Shown here piece after piece: positions 43,913-57,899 of a stretch of 64,000 nucleotides of DNA. This DNA comes from the human T2T-CHM13v2.0 reference genome, Homo sapiens. The stretch lies in the NCBI RefSeq assembly GCF_009914755.1, contig NC_060945.1, one strand, 5' to 3'. A program made the position numbers and the translations under genes. Within the stretch, counting starts at the first letter, position 1. The number at the start of each line of letters is the position of its first letter. Below the pieces are notes generated by a model. That model searched no databases. It had not been told where the DNA came from and was given only the letters and a program-made list of their open reading frames with translations.

Positions 43913-44530
43913 TGCTGTCTTTATCGGCATGACCGAGGAGACAGGGCTGAGGTAGATGGCATCAAGAGGGTGGCTCCTGGTGGAGGTATGATGTTCTGGG
44001 AAGGCCTCTCTGAGTGCGATGTGGTACGCTGAGGCCCAGAGGGAAAGCATGAGCTCATGTCAGGAGGGGGGACAACAGCCTTCTGGCTAGAAGGATAGCC
44101 TGCCAGAGAGCCTGCTTATTAGAGTGGCCAGGATAGGACCAGAACCATTGTCCAGTCAGGGGCTAGGAGGTGAGGCTGCAGAGACACAGGGGCCAGGTCC
44201 TGCAGACTCTCAAGAGTGCAACAGGAAGAATGGAGGCCTGGGTTGGCACTGTTGCCATGATTTAGCGGGGCAGAGGTGGCAGAACTGGAGAAAAGAGAGC
44301 AGGTGTGAATTCTTGGTTGTGGGCAATAGATCAGGTCTTGGAGACAAGGGAAGTGGAGGGACCAAGAAGGGCTCTTGGAGCTCTTTGGATGGTGATGATG
44401 TGATGATGCCACGTTCCAGAGGATCTCAGGTTAGGAGTCTTCAACTAGAGACCTCATTTTGTATTGGGTTCTGTTTGAGTCTGCAAAGCAGTTGTCATCT
44501 AATATGTGACTAGCAGAATATTTGTTTGTA

Positions 44531-44709
44531 TAGATACCTCTCAACTTACGATGAGGTTCATAACTTAAATATATTGTCAGTTGAAAATGCATTTAATACA
44601 CCTAACCTTCAAAATTCAAAGTACACTTTCTATTAAATATGTATCACTTTCACACCATCATAAAGTAAAAAAATCATAAGTCAGACTGTTGTAAGCCAGC
44701 GTCTGTCTG
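44531..44709 (+). mobile_element. Internally deleted MER47-like element
   Basis: tagatacctctcaacttacgatg...gaaaatgcatttaatacacctaacct...tttcacaccatcataaagt...gtctg|ta. Confidence 0.7.
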
Positions 44710-45981
44710 TACCTTCCCACGGCCTACAAAATTTGTAATGCATTGTTTGTAAAACACAGACACGTGCATTTAAACTTTTATTAGGTAGAACTGGCTCTTC
44801 TTCAGGGTCCTTGTAATTAAGTCAGTTATTCCTCTCATGACATTCTTGTAGGAGGTCTCATTACCCCTATTTATCAGATCAGAAAACTGATGCTAAGGGG
44901 CTCAGTGACTTCCTAGGAAAGCTGGATAATGTTTAACATTTATTAAGCTCTTACCATGTGTCAGACATGGTAAAGTGAGTTTAATCTAGTTTAATCCTCA
45001 TGATGATCTTAGGATGTTGCTATTAAGGGTCACTGTCATCATCCCTTTTTACTGATAACACTGGCCTGGCTTACCTGAGTAGCCTCCTAACAGATCTCTT
45101 CTTCCACTTCTGGTCTCCTTCAGTCTGTTCTTGACCAGCAGTCGGATCTGAGCCTGTACATGGAAGACATCACGTCATTCTCCTGCTCAGAGTCCCCCTG
45201 CGGCCTTCTTTCCTGCTGTCCCTTCCTGCCACTCAGAGCCCTGGCTCCAGCTGTCTTGGGGCCTATAGCTAGCCCTCACTTCAGTGTTCATGCACCATTG
45301 TGTGCTGCGTGCCCTGCTCACTGTTCTGTTTATTTCTGCCATCTGTACCCACCACTACCTTCCTCCCCACACAGCCTGCCTGGCCAGAATGAAAGCCTCA
45401 GGAAGGCAGGGCTATTGCTCTGAATCTGTCCTGAGGGCTCGGAGCAATGCCTGGTAGATAGACACTTGTAAGCCTTTGCTGAAGGAGAGAATAACTTTAA
45501 CTTACTTTTTCTGTTGGTAGTAAGTAGTAGAACCTGCATTAAGTTTATCTGCTTCTGAAAACGTATGCTTTTGCTGCCTCCCTACACTGCCCCCCCATCC
45601 TATTGTACTTGGTGAATCAGTCATATATTTATGCCCCATATGTCTGTGTTATCTCCAGATTTCCACACTTTTCTATGTAGAATAGAAACATTTATAAAAC
45701 ATTCAAAATTGTTATAAAACCATAAAGTTTGACATAGTAAATTATCTGTTGAAAACAGGGAGGCCACATCCTGGAAAAGTAGCTCTGTCCTGCCAGCATC
45801 ATTTTAACCCCTTTTGGACAAGATACAGTTGAAATGCATTCTCTGAAATAATACTTATAACTACATCTTGACAGAAACAAGAATATTTCGAATAATTCTG
45901 GGAGGATTCAGGAAAAGGCAGCCAAATAAAATGAAAAAATACATTTGATTCAACTGTGGAGGCTTAAAGGAATTACACATC

Positions 45982-46282
45982 TTTTTTGTTTTTTTGCGAC
46001 AGCGTCTTGCTTTGTTGCTCAGGCTAGAGTACAGTGGTACAATCATAGCTCACTGTAGCCACAACCTCCTGGGTTCAAGCGATCCTCCCGCCTCAGTCTC
46101 AGCCTCCCAGGTAGCTGGGGCTACAGGTGGATGCCACCACACCCGGCTAATTTTTGTATTTTTTGTAGAGACGGGGTTTTACCGTGTTGCCCAGGCTGGT
46201 CTCGAGCTCCTGGACTCAAGGGATCCAATTGCCTCGGCCTCCCAAAATGCTGGGATTACAGGCGGAGCCATTGCACCTGGCC
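45982..46282 (-). mobile_element. AluJ
   Basis: Reverse-complement Alu with J-type text (acaatcatagctcactgtagcc, gttgcccaggctggtctcgagctcctgg). Confidence 0.88.
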
Positions 46283-47226
46283 AAAAAAGCATCTCTTATA
46301 AGCTGTTTTTGGTGAAGGAGCAAACAGGAAAGTGTCCCAGAATTTGGGAGATCAGGATTGTAATCCCAGCCCTGCTTCTGAACAGGATGGTGCATTCTCT
46401 TCATGCCTCTGCTGCAGGCTCCTTGGATGTAGAATGAGGGCAGTTGAATTGCTTGTTGCCGAGGTTCTCTCCATTTCTGGAAGACTATTGTAAGTCAGAG
46501 TCAAATAATCATTCATTCAGTTGTCCAATAAATACTCATCATAGAACCTATGTGTAGTCCTGTCTAATGGTAGGTGGTGCTACGTCACTTCCTGCCATGG
46601 CTGCCGAGGCTCACGCGAGGCTGGCACTTGGCAGAGAGTCCTGTCCCTTCTTTTGACTCAGTAACTGTGGAAAGAGGTGAGGTATAGGAAGGGAGGGCCT
46701 AGGCCTTAGGGGTTAAGCGGGCTTAGGAGGCAGGATTGAGAGAGGTGGAATGATGGATTCAGAGTCCAAGAGAAAACGTGAAACTCCAGGGGATTAGAAT
46801 TGATCCCTTTCTCTGTTTCCTCAGTCTTAGGGGGACTAGACTGTGTTAGTTGTCTTGAATTAAATTGAGCAGGGGTTGTTTTTCACTTCTGTAAGTCCAG
46901 AGTTTATCATAAGCCACCAGAGGTAATTCAGTAGTAGTTAATATTTCATTAACCCTCACTTCTAAAATTACAAAGTTAGAAGTGGAGGTCTTTAACATAT
47001 ATATCAGTCAGGCTGGAGAGTAAGTTGGAAAGTTGCATTTTATTCCTGTGTGTTTACTTATGGCAGTGCACATAAGCCCAGTTTTGTTTCTTTTTCTTTG
47101 ATTAGTAACAGTTGGGCACAAGGTGTCCAACCCACCCAGTGTTAAGTCACTTAGAGTGAGTTGATTTCCTTGAAAAAAGGAATCTTTTCAAGAATGTAAA
47201 GTGGCTTCTCGTAGTCTTCGTGAGGC

Positions 47227-47340
47227 TCTGGAGTCAGACACAATACTGGGTTACCCTGGGACCATGTGCAGTGAGCCCGGGCTTCTGGAGTCAGACACAG
47301 TACCTGGTTACCCTGGGATCATGTGCAGTGAGCCTGGGCT
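47227..47340. repeat. 57-bp tandem duplication
   Basis: tctggagtcagacaca...gttaccctggga(c/t)catgtgcagtgagcc(c/t)gggct at 47227 and 47284. Confidence 0.92.
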
Positions 47341-48629
47341 GCCGGATGCCGCTGGTGGGCCCTCTGCCAGCTGCTGCATCCCCAAGCCCTCTCTTGTGTC
47401 ATTGTTTTCCCTTTTCAGGAATAGTTTCCACTAGGGACCTGCTCCCTCAAATTTCTATCATTTGAGGTGAGGTTTCGTGTTGGTTCATCTGACTGGCCGA
47501 GTGCACCCTGGCTGTGAGAACAGGAAATAGAATTCTGGCTTTTGTCTTAGGGATATCCCCAGGTAGAGAGAGGAGATTCAAAAGATGCTGGGGAGCTACA
47601 GACGTGACCTCTGACCTCTACATGAAGAATGGTGGAAAACACTTACTACTTAGTGTTAATCTACACATTTCACTTGGTTTAGACCTAAGCATAAATAGTG
47701 TGAAGTCGATTTAAACAGAGGTTACAGTTTCCAGAAACTTCAGCGCCGTGGCTGCAGTTAAACAGCAATGATTGGACTCTTTACGTCTACTCCATTCTCG
47801 ATATGAATGAAAGTAGTCACATCAAATGCATATTTATTAGTCTTGGTCATTTTGAATTTGAGTCCTTTACATACTATGTATGTATGTACCCAGGAGCAGA
47901 GCAGGGTTAAAAGTGACATCTTCTAACTTCTACTCTGGAATTTTTTCCCTCTGCACTTTTTGTTGTCACGTAGTAGATGTTTTCACCCACATGCAGGTGA
48001 ATGAGTGACATATTTATCTTGTTACATAGTGAAGCTTTCAATTCTTTAATTTTATCCCTCTAATGAAACTGTGAGGAATTGATTCTGTTGACACAGAAAA
48101 GGCTGGTGTCACATGAACCTAAAGGACGTCATTGAGCATGTGCCTCTCACGCAGAACTGACATAGAGCCTCCCGTGCAGCTCACCTTGAATTCTCCATGC
48201 ACGAATCAGCCATAGGCACGTGTTATGTGTGGCACAGGCAAGAAGTGCCTGATAGATTTTAGTTCTGTTTATTGCTGGAAGCCCTTGCTGTAGGAAAAGG
48301 AAGGTTTTTTCCTTTCCTGGACAATGATTTTGAGCTACGGTGTAGAATGGAAAAGGCAGGCTTTGATTTGCCAGACACTGCTTGCTATGTGTGAAGCCGG
48401 GATAGGGCGGTGCTGTTGGACAGAAGACCTGCCCTGTGTGCCTTTTCACACTGCATTGAGAATTTGTCTAGATGATTTCCTGGGCTTATTGATTGTTGAA
48501 GGAAACAATGCAAATTGCAAGTTATGATCAAATAATGCTTTGAGTCTTCACCTTTTTAGAATGCTCTGGGAAAATACGGGGAGAAAATAAACCATAGGAA
48601 AGGCATTTTGAGGCGGTTTTGTTTTGTTT

Positions 48630-51600
48630 TAAACAGCTGCCATGAAATGCACCCTCTCTAAGAGGACAATTCAGTGATTTTCTGAATGTCTGAGTTGTGC
48701 AGACATCACCACTGTCTAGTTCTTGAACACTCCTGTCACCTCAAATGTTCCCTGTGCTTGTCTGCAGTTGATTCGCGCACCCAGCCCAGCCTCAGGCAAC
48801 CGCTCAGGCAGCCTGCCTGCTGTTTCCACATGTGCCTTGCAGATATTTCATGGGAAGCAGCTCATGTCCTGTGTCATCGTTTGCATCAGGCTTTCACTTA
48901 ACATGTTTTTCGGGTTCATCCGTGTGTTGTAGAACATATCAGTAGTTTGTTCCTTTTAGTCGTATTGGCGTAGCGTGTTCGTTTATTCCACTCCAGCGAT
49001 GGACTTTGGGTTGTTTCTGCATTCTGGCTATTATGAATCACGTGACTTTGAACATTAGCAAGCATGTCTGCGTGTGGATGTGTATTTTCATTTGTCATAG
49101 GTAGATTCCTAGGAGTTCGTAGGAGCTTCGAAATGGAGTTTAAGACAGAAGCCTTTGTTTGATACTGATAATGCTAGCAAGGGCCATTTATTTGGCTTGC
49201 TCTTGAAGTCTGTCTCTGTGATGTGCATTGTGCTTCTTGAATTGTATGAGCCTACTATAGGATGAAATATGGTTATAATGTCGAGCAGAAGCTATTAGCA
49301 TTTCTTAAGCTGACCACCTGTGTTGTGCACACTATTAGGTCCTCAGCAGATGAGTTCTTACCGGGTGTTTGATGTTTTCCCCCCACTTATCAGAAGAGGA
49401 AGTCGGTGAAGTACGGTTGGGCATATTAAAACCACATTCAGCCTACAACACCACAGAAACACTTACCCTTTGACCCAGCAATTCTGCTTCTAGGAATCCT
49501 TCCAGAAGATAGACCTCCAACAATGTGAAAATACATTCGGAATAACCTAAATATCCATATGCAGGAGAGGGTTGAGTAAACTCTAGTACAGCCACACAAC
49601 CACATCCACTGTTGAGGATGACCTCTGTGAATTGGTTTGAGGTGGTTTCCAGGGCACGTGGATGTGAATGAGGCAAGTACCAAAGAACATCTAAATGCTG
49701 CCCTTGATGTGAGAAGAAGGGGATGCAGGAAGACACACGCTCCCTGCACACTTGTGCAGAGGAGATACAGGAGGGCAGAGCCAGAAACAAAAGAGATGGT
49801 GACTGCAGAGGGCCAGGGGACGGAGGAGGAGTGGGTGCCAGGTCATAGGTGGGGTGCAGAGGGCGAGGGGGCAGGGAAGTGGAGTGGGTGCCAGGTCATA
49901 GGTGGGGTGCAGTGCTGCTCTCAGTACACCTTTTAGTGTGGCCCAGCTCTTGAAACCACAGCAATACTTCATATACTCCAAAGTAAAATAGATGGTTAAT
50001 ATCAGCCAGGATGTGGGGGACCCAAAATGAAATATAAGCGGAAAACACACATCTCACTGTAGTACAAAGCGGCAGGGCCACAGCAAAGGGGGTGGAAAGG
50101 AAAGTGTTAACCTTATTTGGGAAAATGATAATGTTGACTGGATTCTGTGAGGCTGAAGAGAACTGTACAAAATAGTAGTAAATTTTTTTCTCAGTGTTAA
50201 TGGTGAGCAATGTGAAACGACTTTATGTGTATGTGGGGATTGAACAAATAAGCAGAATCGTAGTGGATAATGAGAGCCAGGTTTCTCACTGTCCCAGGAA
50301 GAAGTTACAAATAGCAAAAGGAAGATGGCAGAGGGAGGCCGTGCTGTTGGATTGGGATAGGTGTCAGTGTGACTCTGTGGTCTTTAATAGATGCATGTAC
50401 AGCACAGGAGTAAACATAGGTGTACGCGTTACATGCATGGGTTAGTGATACACCTACATATGCATCTCCTAGCCTTGTCCGTTGGGAAGACCTAGAAGCA
50501 ATGACCTCCAGCAACAGGGAGCACACCTAAATATCAGTTGCTGATAAAAATAAGCAGGGCTCCTTGCAGAAGATGAGTCTGGAACCTCTGATGATGCTGG
50601 AAATAAGGAAGTGGCCAAAATGGATGGGGTGTGTCAGAGGGCACATAAGCAACCTGGAGGAGCCCCATGGCCAAAGCGGGTCAATTTGAGCAAGGAAATG
50701 AGTAATGATAGTATAGGTGTATAATCTATAAAACAAAGTCAGTATCACTACTGATACTTCTTATATTGATATAAGAAGAAATTGAAAAAATAAGGAGAAG
50801 GGACATCTCTTCCTGACAGAAACATTCCAATTAATTGGTGTAGGAGCAGTGAGAAAATAGAAAATCGCCTTCAGGCGGCACTATGGAAATAGTTACTTCA
50901 GGTGAGTTCCGCGGGAGGATGCTGATTAGTGGGCCAGAGTTTGGAGAGAAACAGGATATTTGCCTAGTCTCGAAGTATCTCTTCCTCAAGTTATTTATTT
51001 ATTAAAAAGGGAAAAATAGTAACTTTAGAATGGAGGAAGCCAGCAGACACCACGTCACCTGGGCGATCAAGATCAGCATCATCTGATGAGACAAGTTGCA
51101 TCATATGCCGCCCCACACCACATGGCATGTGCTCTGTCAGGGACTCCTGCCACAAATGCACAATCACAGTCTAGTCATGGAGAAATGTCAGACGCTCCAG
51201 TAGAGGGACGTCCTGCAAAATACCTCACCTCATCAGTGTTCCTCAGAAGTGTCCAGGTCATGAACACTGGAAACACCGAGGATTGGTCTAAGCTTAGAGA
51301 CCTGATGACTAACTGTGGCCTGTGATTCTGGGCAGAATCCTGGAACAGAAGCCGGTATTGGTGGAGAAACCACCGAAATTCAGATGAGGTCTGTGGTGTA
51401 GCCAATTGTATTGTGCCAGTGTTTATTTTCTGATTTCGATATATCCTTCTCCCAGCTCACAACATACAGGTCTGTGATTGATACATACTTCTCCTCATGC
51501 TCACAACTTACAAATCTATGATTTTAGAGGAAGCTGGGAGAAGGACATAGGGGAATTATCTGTACTATTTTTCAGCCTTCCCATAAGCCTAAAATTTCAA

Positions 51601-52560
51601 CATAAAAAGTTGAAAAAGAAACCCATGGCAGAATATGATGGGAGAATGGCAGAAATGGCAGGACCAGCCCCTGTCTCTGTTTCTTCCCATGTGAAGCTGT
51701 TTACCTGGTTTATCTTGGTCTTTGGATTTGGTCGATTTTTTTTTTCTAAAAAGAAATTTTAAATATAGTCAAATTTATCAGTTTTTTTCCTTTATGGCTT
51801 TTGGGTTTTGAATCCTAAGAATACTTTCCCTACTACAATACTCATATTTTTCTTTAATTTCTTCTAATAGTTTTATATTTTGTTTTTCACATTTAGCATA
51901 TTGATCTATATGAAATTTGTTTTTGTACAGTTTGAAGTTGGGATATTTTTTCAATTGGCTAATCATTTGCCTTTGTCATTGAGTAGTCTGCCCTTTGCCC
52001 AGTTATCAGAAATATCACCTTTATCACTACTAAATGTTTTCTTTCAATGATATTTCAAATTGCTTATTATTCTTGTGTGATAAAGTGATTGGTTTTTGTA
52101 TGTTGTGTCCACAGCTTGTCATTTGTGTCTCATGTTTTCTAGATGGAGGATCCTTTTGGGAACATGCGTCTTCCTTTCTAAGCTTTGTACTTCCCCTGTA
52201 TTAATTGGCTAGGACTTCTGGTACTGTGCTGAGTGTAGTGTTTGGATCATAGTGATGGCTAGCAGGCTGCATCTCGTTGTTGTCTTTGACGTGAATGCTT
52301 CCAGTATTTCATCCTTAAGTGTGACATTACTCTAGTTGTTTTGTACATACCCTTTATCTTGTCTAGCATGTTACCTTCTCTTCCTGGTTTGTCCAAAATA
52401 ATCTTTATCATGAGTGGCAGTAGAATTTTACCATATGTGCGTCTGTTGAAATGATCACGTGGTTTTCCCTCCAGTCTGTTAATATAGCAAATTTCATTAA
52501 TAGATTTCCTGATATTAAACATTCCTGCATTCTGGGGAAAATCCTGTTTTTAACACAGTG
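48630..52560. mobile_element. Cluster of old L1M fragments (minus ~48630-49110, plus ~49430-51610, minus ~51740-52560)
   Basis: L1M 3'UTR and ORF2 motifs (acccagcaattctgcttctaggaat; FNIRKSINEI on the minus strand). Confidence 0.7.
49828..49912. repeat. 32-bp direct repeat, period 53
   Basis: ggagtgggtgccaggtcataggtggggtgcag at 49828 and 49881. Confidence 0.9.
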
Positions 52561-52679
52561 CAAAATTAAAATTGCTATTTATTTTAATACCTTCTATTTT
52601 TTCAAAATGAGTCTCTCCCCAGCCCTACCCCTAGTCTTTTCATTTTTTTCATGTAGTTTACATGCTGTAGTAGCTACAT

Positions 52680-52890
52680 AGTGGTATAAGTGCTTAACAC
52701 CTGGCTTTTGGTGGGAAGGAGGAGTGGGAGTGTATGGAAACCCCTGATTTGTAGCATTTGCCAATTTCCAAGTTATAAATGTCCCTACCGTGCCCTATTT
52801 CAAGCTACCGATGAGCTGTCAACTGGTTTACAAAATTCCTGAAAATGTGACAGTCTTCTCTCATGAACAGGTATAAGTATACCAGTGGGG
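52680..52890 (+). mobile_element. MER63-like hAT DNA transposon
   Basis: ccctgatttgtagcatttgccaatttcc...tatttcaagctacc matches recalled MER63 text. Confidence 0.6.
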
Positions 52891-55800
52891 CCTGAGTGTG
52901 CAGCCTGGTGACTCTCATATCTGTGTGCACTCACACAACCATCACTGGGATCAACCCGGAGGCTTCCTGGTACCTGTGCAGCTCAGCACTCCTACCCTCC
53001 CCAGGAGGACCCCGGTTCTGACCTCTCTCCACCTTTGTTCTCACTTGGGGATTGAATACCTTGTTTATTTTCACGTCATCCTTGTTTTCTCTTCTGTGCA
53101 CATGCAGCTCTACGTTTTCCCCCCAAGAACTGCCTTGGCCACCTCATTTGTAGATAGCGAAATGCAGGGTTTGTAATGATTTTTATTGAAAAATTGAGCA
53201 TCTGATTATTATTGTGGCACTGGCTTTATTAAACAATGTAGGTTCTGTGATAACTTTTCTTAAATGTTGGGCATTGCTGCCATGTTATATTCATGAAGTT
53301 CATCAGCTTCATATAAACTGACGTTTTTCATTCATGTGTTTATGCAGTCATTGAATAAATATTTTTTGAGCACTTTGGATACCAAAGGTTTAGCAGTGAA
53401 TGAAATAACTCAGTCCCTTTCTTCACAGAGCATATGTTCTGCTATGTCTTTAAGTCACGTGTTTTTTCTATTTGACCGTCCTTGCCAATTTTCCCCTAAC
53501 TCAGACATCCACTTGTCTTTGCCCCTGGTATTATCTTAAATCAACTCTAAATCAATCCGATTTCTTCCACTGCTTCAATGCTAGTTGACGTTTGGCTTAA
53601 CTGCTTATATAATTATTTCTGCTTTTATTGAATTCTTATGATGAAAAAACAGAAGACTTGAATCTGATGATTTTTACTTTAGAAAGGTTAATGATGAAAG
53701 TGTTGTAATACTACAGTTTGGTGAAATGGCACTTTTTGTGTTGTGTGAACTGTCATCACTTAATGAGGAGCAGGAGATCAGCTTACAGTTTTCTGCTATA
53801 GTTCTGGACATCATGAGACCTTATTCCCCACCAGCATGATCTCTGTCTATGGCTCAGAGGGAGAGCAATAGGGATATGGGGTGCTATTCACAGCCTTGCC
53901 TGGGTGACTGTGTCTTCTGGCAGCTTAGTGGCTCCCAGGGGCAGGATCCTGGTCACCAGCATCCTACAGCATTGCCACATGTTTGCTCATGCTCTGGTGT
54001 CCTGTGGAGTAGAGCTCCTTGTTCTCCTGTGGACCACAGTCCAGGGAGAGTGGGGGTTTCCCTGTAGGAGGAGGAGCTGGAAGACTCCAGATCGAGTTTA
54101 ACCGTGGGCTAGGCTGCGAAATTTGGATGCAGGCCAGTGGACCTCAGAAATCCATCTGTTCATCTTTCTGCTAAACTGATTTGGATTTCTGCTTTTTTAA
54201 TCCTTTGCAAAATTAATTTGTCTTTAATATGAAAATCAGTGTTTTATTTTTAGTAAGAGAAAATAATTCTATTTTATTTATTTGGAACAATTTAAAAGAC
54301 CCTAGAGATCAACATCCTTCCTCTTTCATTTCCTAGAGGAGGGTGTAGAGGAGCAGAGTGTGTGACAGGCACAGTGGGACTGACCTTTGCTTCTGGGCCT
54401 GGATTACCATGTCTGGAGAGTGATGCTTTGGAGGAAGTATGGATCACTTCGCTCCTGGGCCGTCGGTTCAGAAGGTGCAGCCTTGCCCGGAGCTGAGGTC
54501 CAGTGCTAGCAGCACATTCCCTTTCCTTGCCCTGAGCCTGCATGGCAGCCTTCTTCATCAACTGGAATCTCTGTTGAGGATGGAGAAAAATCTGTGGTCC
54601 TTTTGTTTACTGGGTGACTTTCTGACCTCTCTCTCTTCTCATTCTCTCTACTGCATTACAACTGTTTGATGAGAGAGATTTTAAAAATGAACATAAACAA
54701 TTTTTATGGAAATATCTGTTATCTATTTTTTTTATATAGTTATACCATTGGAATTTACTCTTACCTTCAGGTAACAGTTGTGAGGACCAAATCTTAATCC
54801 TGGTAGGTGACCTTTAAATCTTAGAATCAGGAATTCGGCTTTAGTCAAAAGTTAACTTTTTCCTTATTATTGTGCTCCTGTTGGATTTTTAAAAATGGAT
54901 ACATTCTATTTATTGGTATTTACAAGTCACTTGACTAGACTGATACTAATAGTATGACACAGGAAAAACAAAAACATCTTTCTGTAAATTTTGAAGTAAT
55001 GAACAATATTAGGGATTATTCCAAAACAGAGCAGACAAGGCAGAGGAAAACCAGTCAAGCTCTTTATAGCTTAAATCTAACCCTTTACCTGAATAATAAT
55101 TTAAAAAACTATTTTATAAATCAAGTCTCCCATTCCTGTAAAATAGGAGTAATTCATTATCACACATTTTTGTACCTTTAATTTTTTTTTTCTTGATGGA
55201 GCCCAAGTCTTAAAGATGTCAAAACTAGTATCATGTTCCATTTTCTAAAGTCGAGGCTATCTCAGTCCCATTTCTATAGCCAACAGGGTAATCTGTTACT
55301 AGGCCCTGAAACCCTTCTGATGAGTCTCAGCTTATACCCCACCCCACCCCCAAATATTCACACAATAGGCACAGTGAAAACCAGGAAATTAGTCTCTGAA
55401 ATAAGCAGCCTCCCCAGGAAGGAAGCAGCATGGCCACTGCCCATTCTGTGCCTGGACCTCGCCCCACCGGCACTTGGCTTCAGGAACTGGACTGATCCAG
55501 GCACTTTGCTGGGGTGCACTTTGGCTTTTCTCACCAGTTCCCAGGGCAGCCTCGGGTAGGAGTCTCGGGTAGGAGAGTGTTGGAGGCCCTAGATCTGGGG
55601 CTACAGGGACTTTTCTCACAACTCCAGGCGAGGGCACACCGGGCTTGGCTCTTCTAGGTCTGGCGACTGCTCCCATTGGCAGGTGTCCACAGGCCTCTGC
55701 CTGACGTCCTTGACAAGAGGAAGAGAGGACCCGGCTTTCTGTGGGTGCCGAGCCCTCTGGGCCACACAGCTGCTGTTCTCTGACTTGTGGGTTTTTCTGC

Positions 55801-57811
55801 CGCCTCTTGCGTTTCATGCTGTGACTCTGGAACTAGGTCTTACCCTGTTTGGAGTGAAGGTTCGGGGTGTTGGGAAGTTCTGTCCTCTTCTCTCAGGAAG
55901 AGGCCCTTTGACTGTGTGCCCGGAGGAGGCATGGGTGCATCTTTTCTCCAGGGGGCTCCTCACCAGGGGTATGGGGAGACTGTGCTGCAGCCTCAGGAAT
56001 GTCAGGGTGAAGAGGCCCTGGAGGCTGATGCTTCCGGCCAAGGGCTTCTTCTGGATTTTCAAATAAAGTCCCAGAACAGAATTACTTTATGTTTTAATTT
56101 CAGGCAAATGTCTCTCATCTGCCCTTTTAAGTACATTAGGATTGGGTTTTTCGACCCTGCACAGCACATGGGGGCTCCTCAGAGAAGTGTCTGATAAAAT
56201 AAAATTAAATAACTCGCTTTTTAGCACTTCGTTTTTACTGGTGATTTGTTAGTCATTGATTGAGGTGATTGTGATTGATCCAATTATTTGTCTGCCCATC
56301 CTGATTGTAACTTTTTTTATTTACAGGATTTTAAAAGATAGTTTCTTGATCTTAATGTTATATTTAACGTTCTCTTTCATAAGATGGTTTTTTGATGACT
56401 TTGTGTTTAAAAAGTGAGGGTCTTTTGAGAAATAGAATATATCAAATTATTTGTTCAGAAACATTCAAAAGCATTTTTTCCAACTCTGCAAGCAGTTGTC
56501 TGTTAAAGCAATTAGCGTGTACCCAATTAGAGCTCTGTTCAAGATCCCTCACTGATAACCTCTGTGAGGCTGTTGGTCCGTGTCTTTATCAAGCAGTAGT
56601 GTGGCTTCCCAGGTACTGTCAGCTCATTTTGGACCCAATACTAGTTTATTGCCTGAAATTACCTTTAAACTGGAAAATCTTCAAGTAAAATTTTTGAGAG
56701 TTTTTGATTAATCCCCTAGGATACTTTTGAATGATAGGTTTTGGGGAGATACATTTGGTTGTTTTGGCACCACTACCATCAGCCTCACTCACGTGCTGCC
56801 AGGCGCCCCGCCAGATCAGGGAACATCCTCTGTACATGGAAGCAGCCCCGAGCACTATGTCTGCTTGTGTTTCTGCTCTCAAGGTTTCTACGGCCCTGCA
56901 CGTGGGCCCTGCTGAGGCCCCAGACTGCTTCCTCACACAGCTGACCTGGTGGGCTTCCTGTCCACACAGCTGCCCTTCCTGTCCTCCCATCCAACCTCTC
57001 GCATCATGTTGAGGGGAGAGAGGGGGGCAAATGAGACATGGTCCTTGCTTTCATGGAAATTTCTAGTGATGCAGATGTCTGTATATCAAGTACTCACACA
57101 AGCAGATGTAAAGTCATAACTGTGATGAAGGAAGACCAATTGAGGACCTCCATCAGCCGAGGGGCCTGGACGCTCACTGAGAGGCGAGGTTTGCACTCAG
57201 TCTCCTTGCCCAAAGCTGGCAGCCTCATTCTGCTGCCCATGTGCTGGGCACCTTCTCCACTATCACGACTTCCTTGACATTTCAGTCTGTTCTGTTCAAG
57301 TTTTGGCCTTCCATCCCTCTGAAATGGGTCTTGCTAGTCACTAATGATCTGTCTCTTGTTAAGGTCAGTGGCCTGTATTTCGTCCTGGTCTCAATCAGTG
57401 TCTCAACAGGACTGTACAGAACTAGCCAACCTCTTGGATTCTGTGGGCAGTGCCACCCTGGCATCCTTCTGGCTCAGTCTTCTGTGCAGGTCCCCCAGTC
57501 ACCAGGAGCCCTGCAGGTGCAGCCTACCTGCCCCCAGCCCAGGCTGCGCTCCCTGCTTGCTCTGCGTGTGATGCTCCGGCCTTTGCCGTGAGCTCTGACA
57601 CAGTGCAGCACAGACCTGCTTGAGCTCTGGATCCCCTCCCCAGGCTCCTGTCCATCCTGCCCCCTTTCAGCTTCCTGCAGTGACCATTGCCTGGAACTCA
57701 ACCCAGTGTTTTTTCTCTGCCCCCTTTTTCTGTTAGCTCTTCCCCCAGTGGTGTGGGGCTGGGACAGGGGCCTCACATTGTCGTCCACGTTTCCCGAGGC
57801 TTCTGTCTCTC

Positions 57812-57899
57812 CATCCCGCTGTTTCAGGGTTCTGCATCCTGCTGTTTCAGGGTTCTGCATCCCGCTGTTTCAGGGTTCTGCATCCCGCTGTTTCAGGGT
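57812..57899. repeat. 23-bp VNTR, ~4 copies
   Basis: catcc(c/t)gctgtttcagggttctg at 57812, 57835, 57858 and 57881. Confidence 0.95.

Noticed and set aside
57812-57899. Short direct-repeat arrays (also 22591-22730, 37385-37735) superficially like CRISPR
   Set aside because: The units are head-to-tail with no unique spacers, there are no cas genes, and the context is a primate genome.
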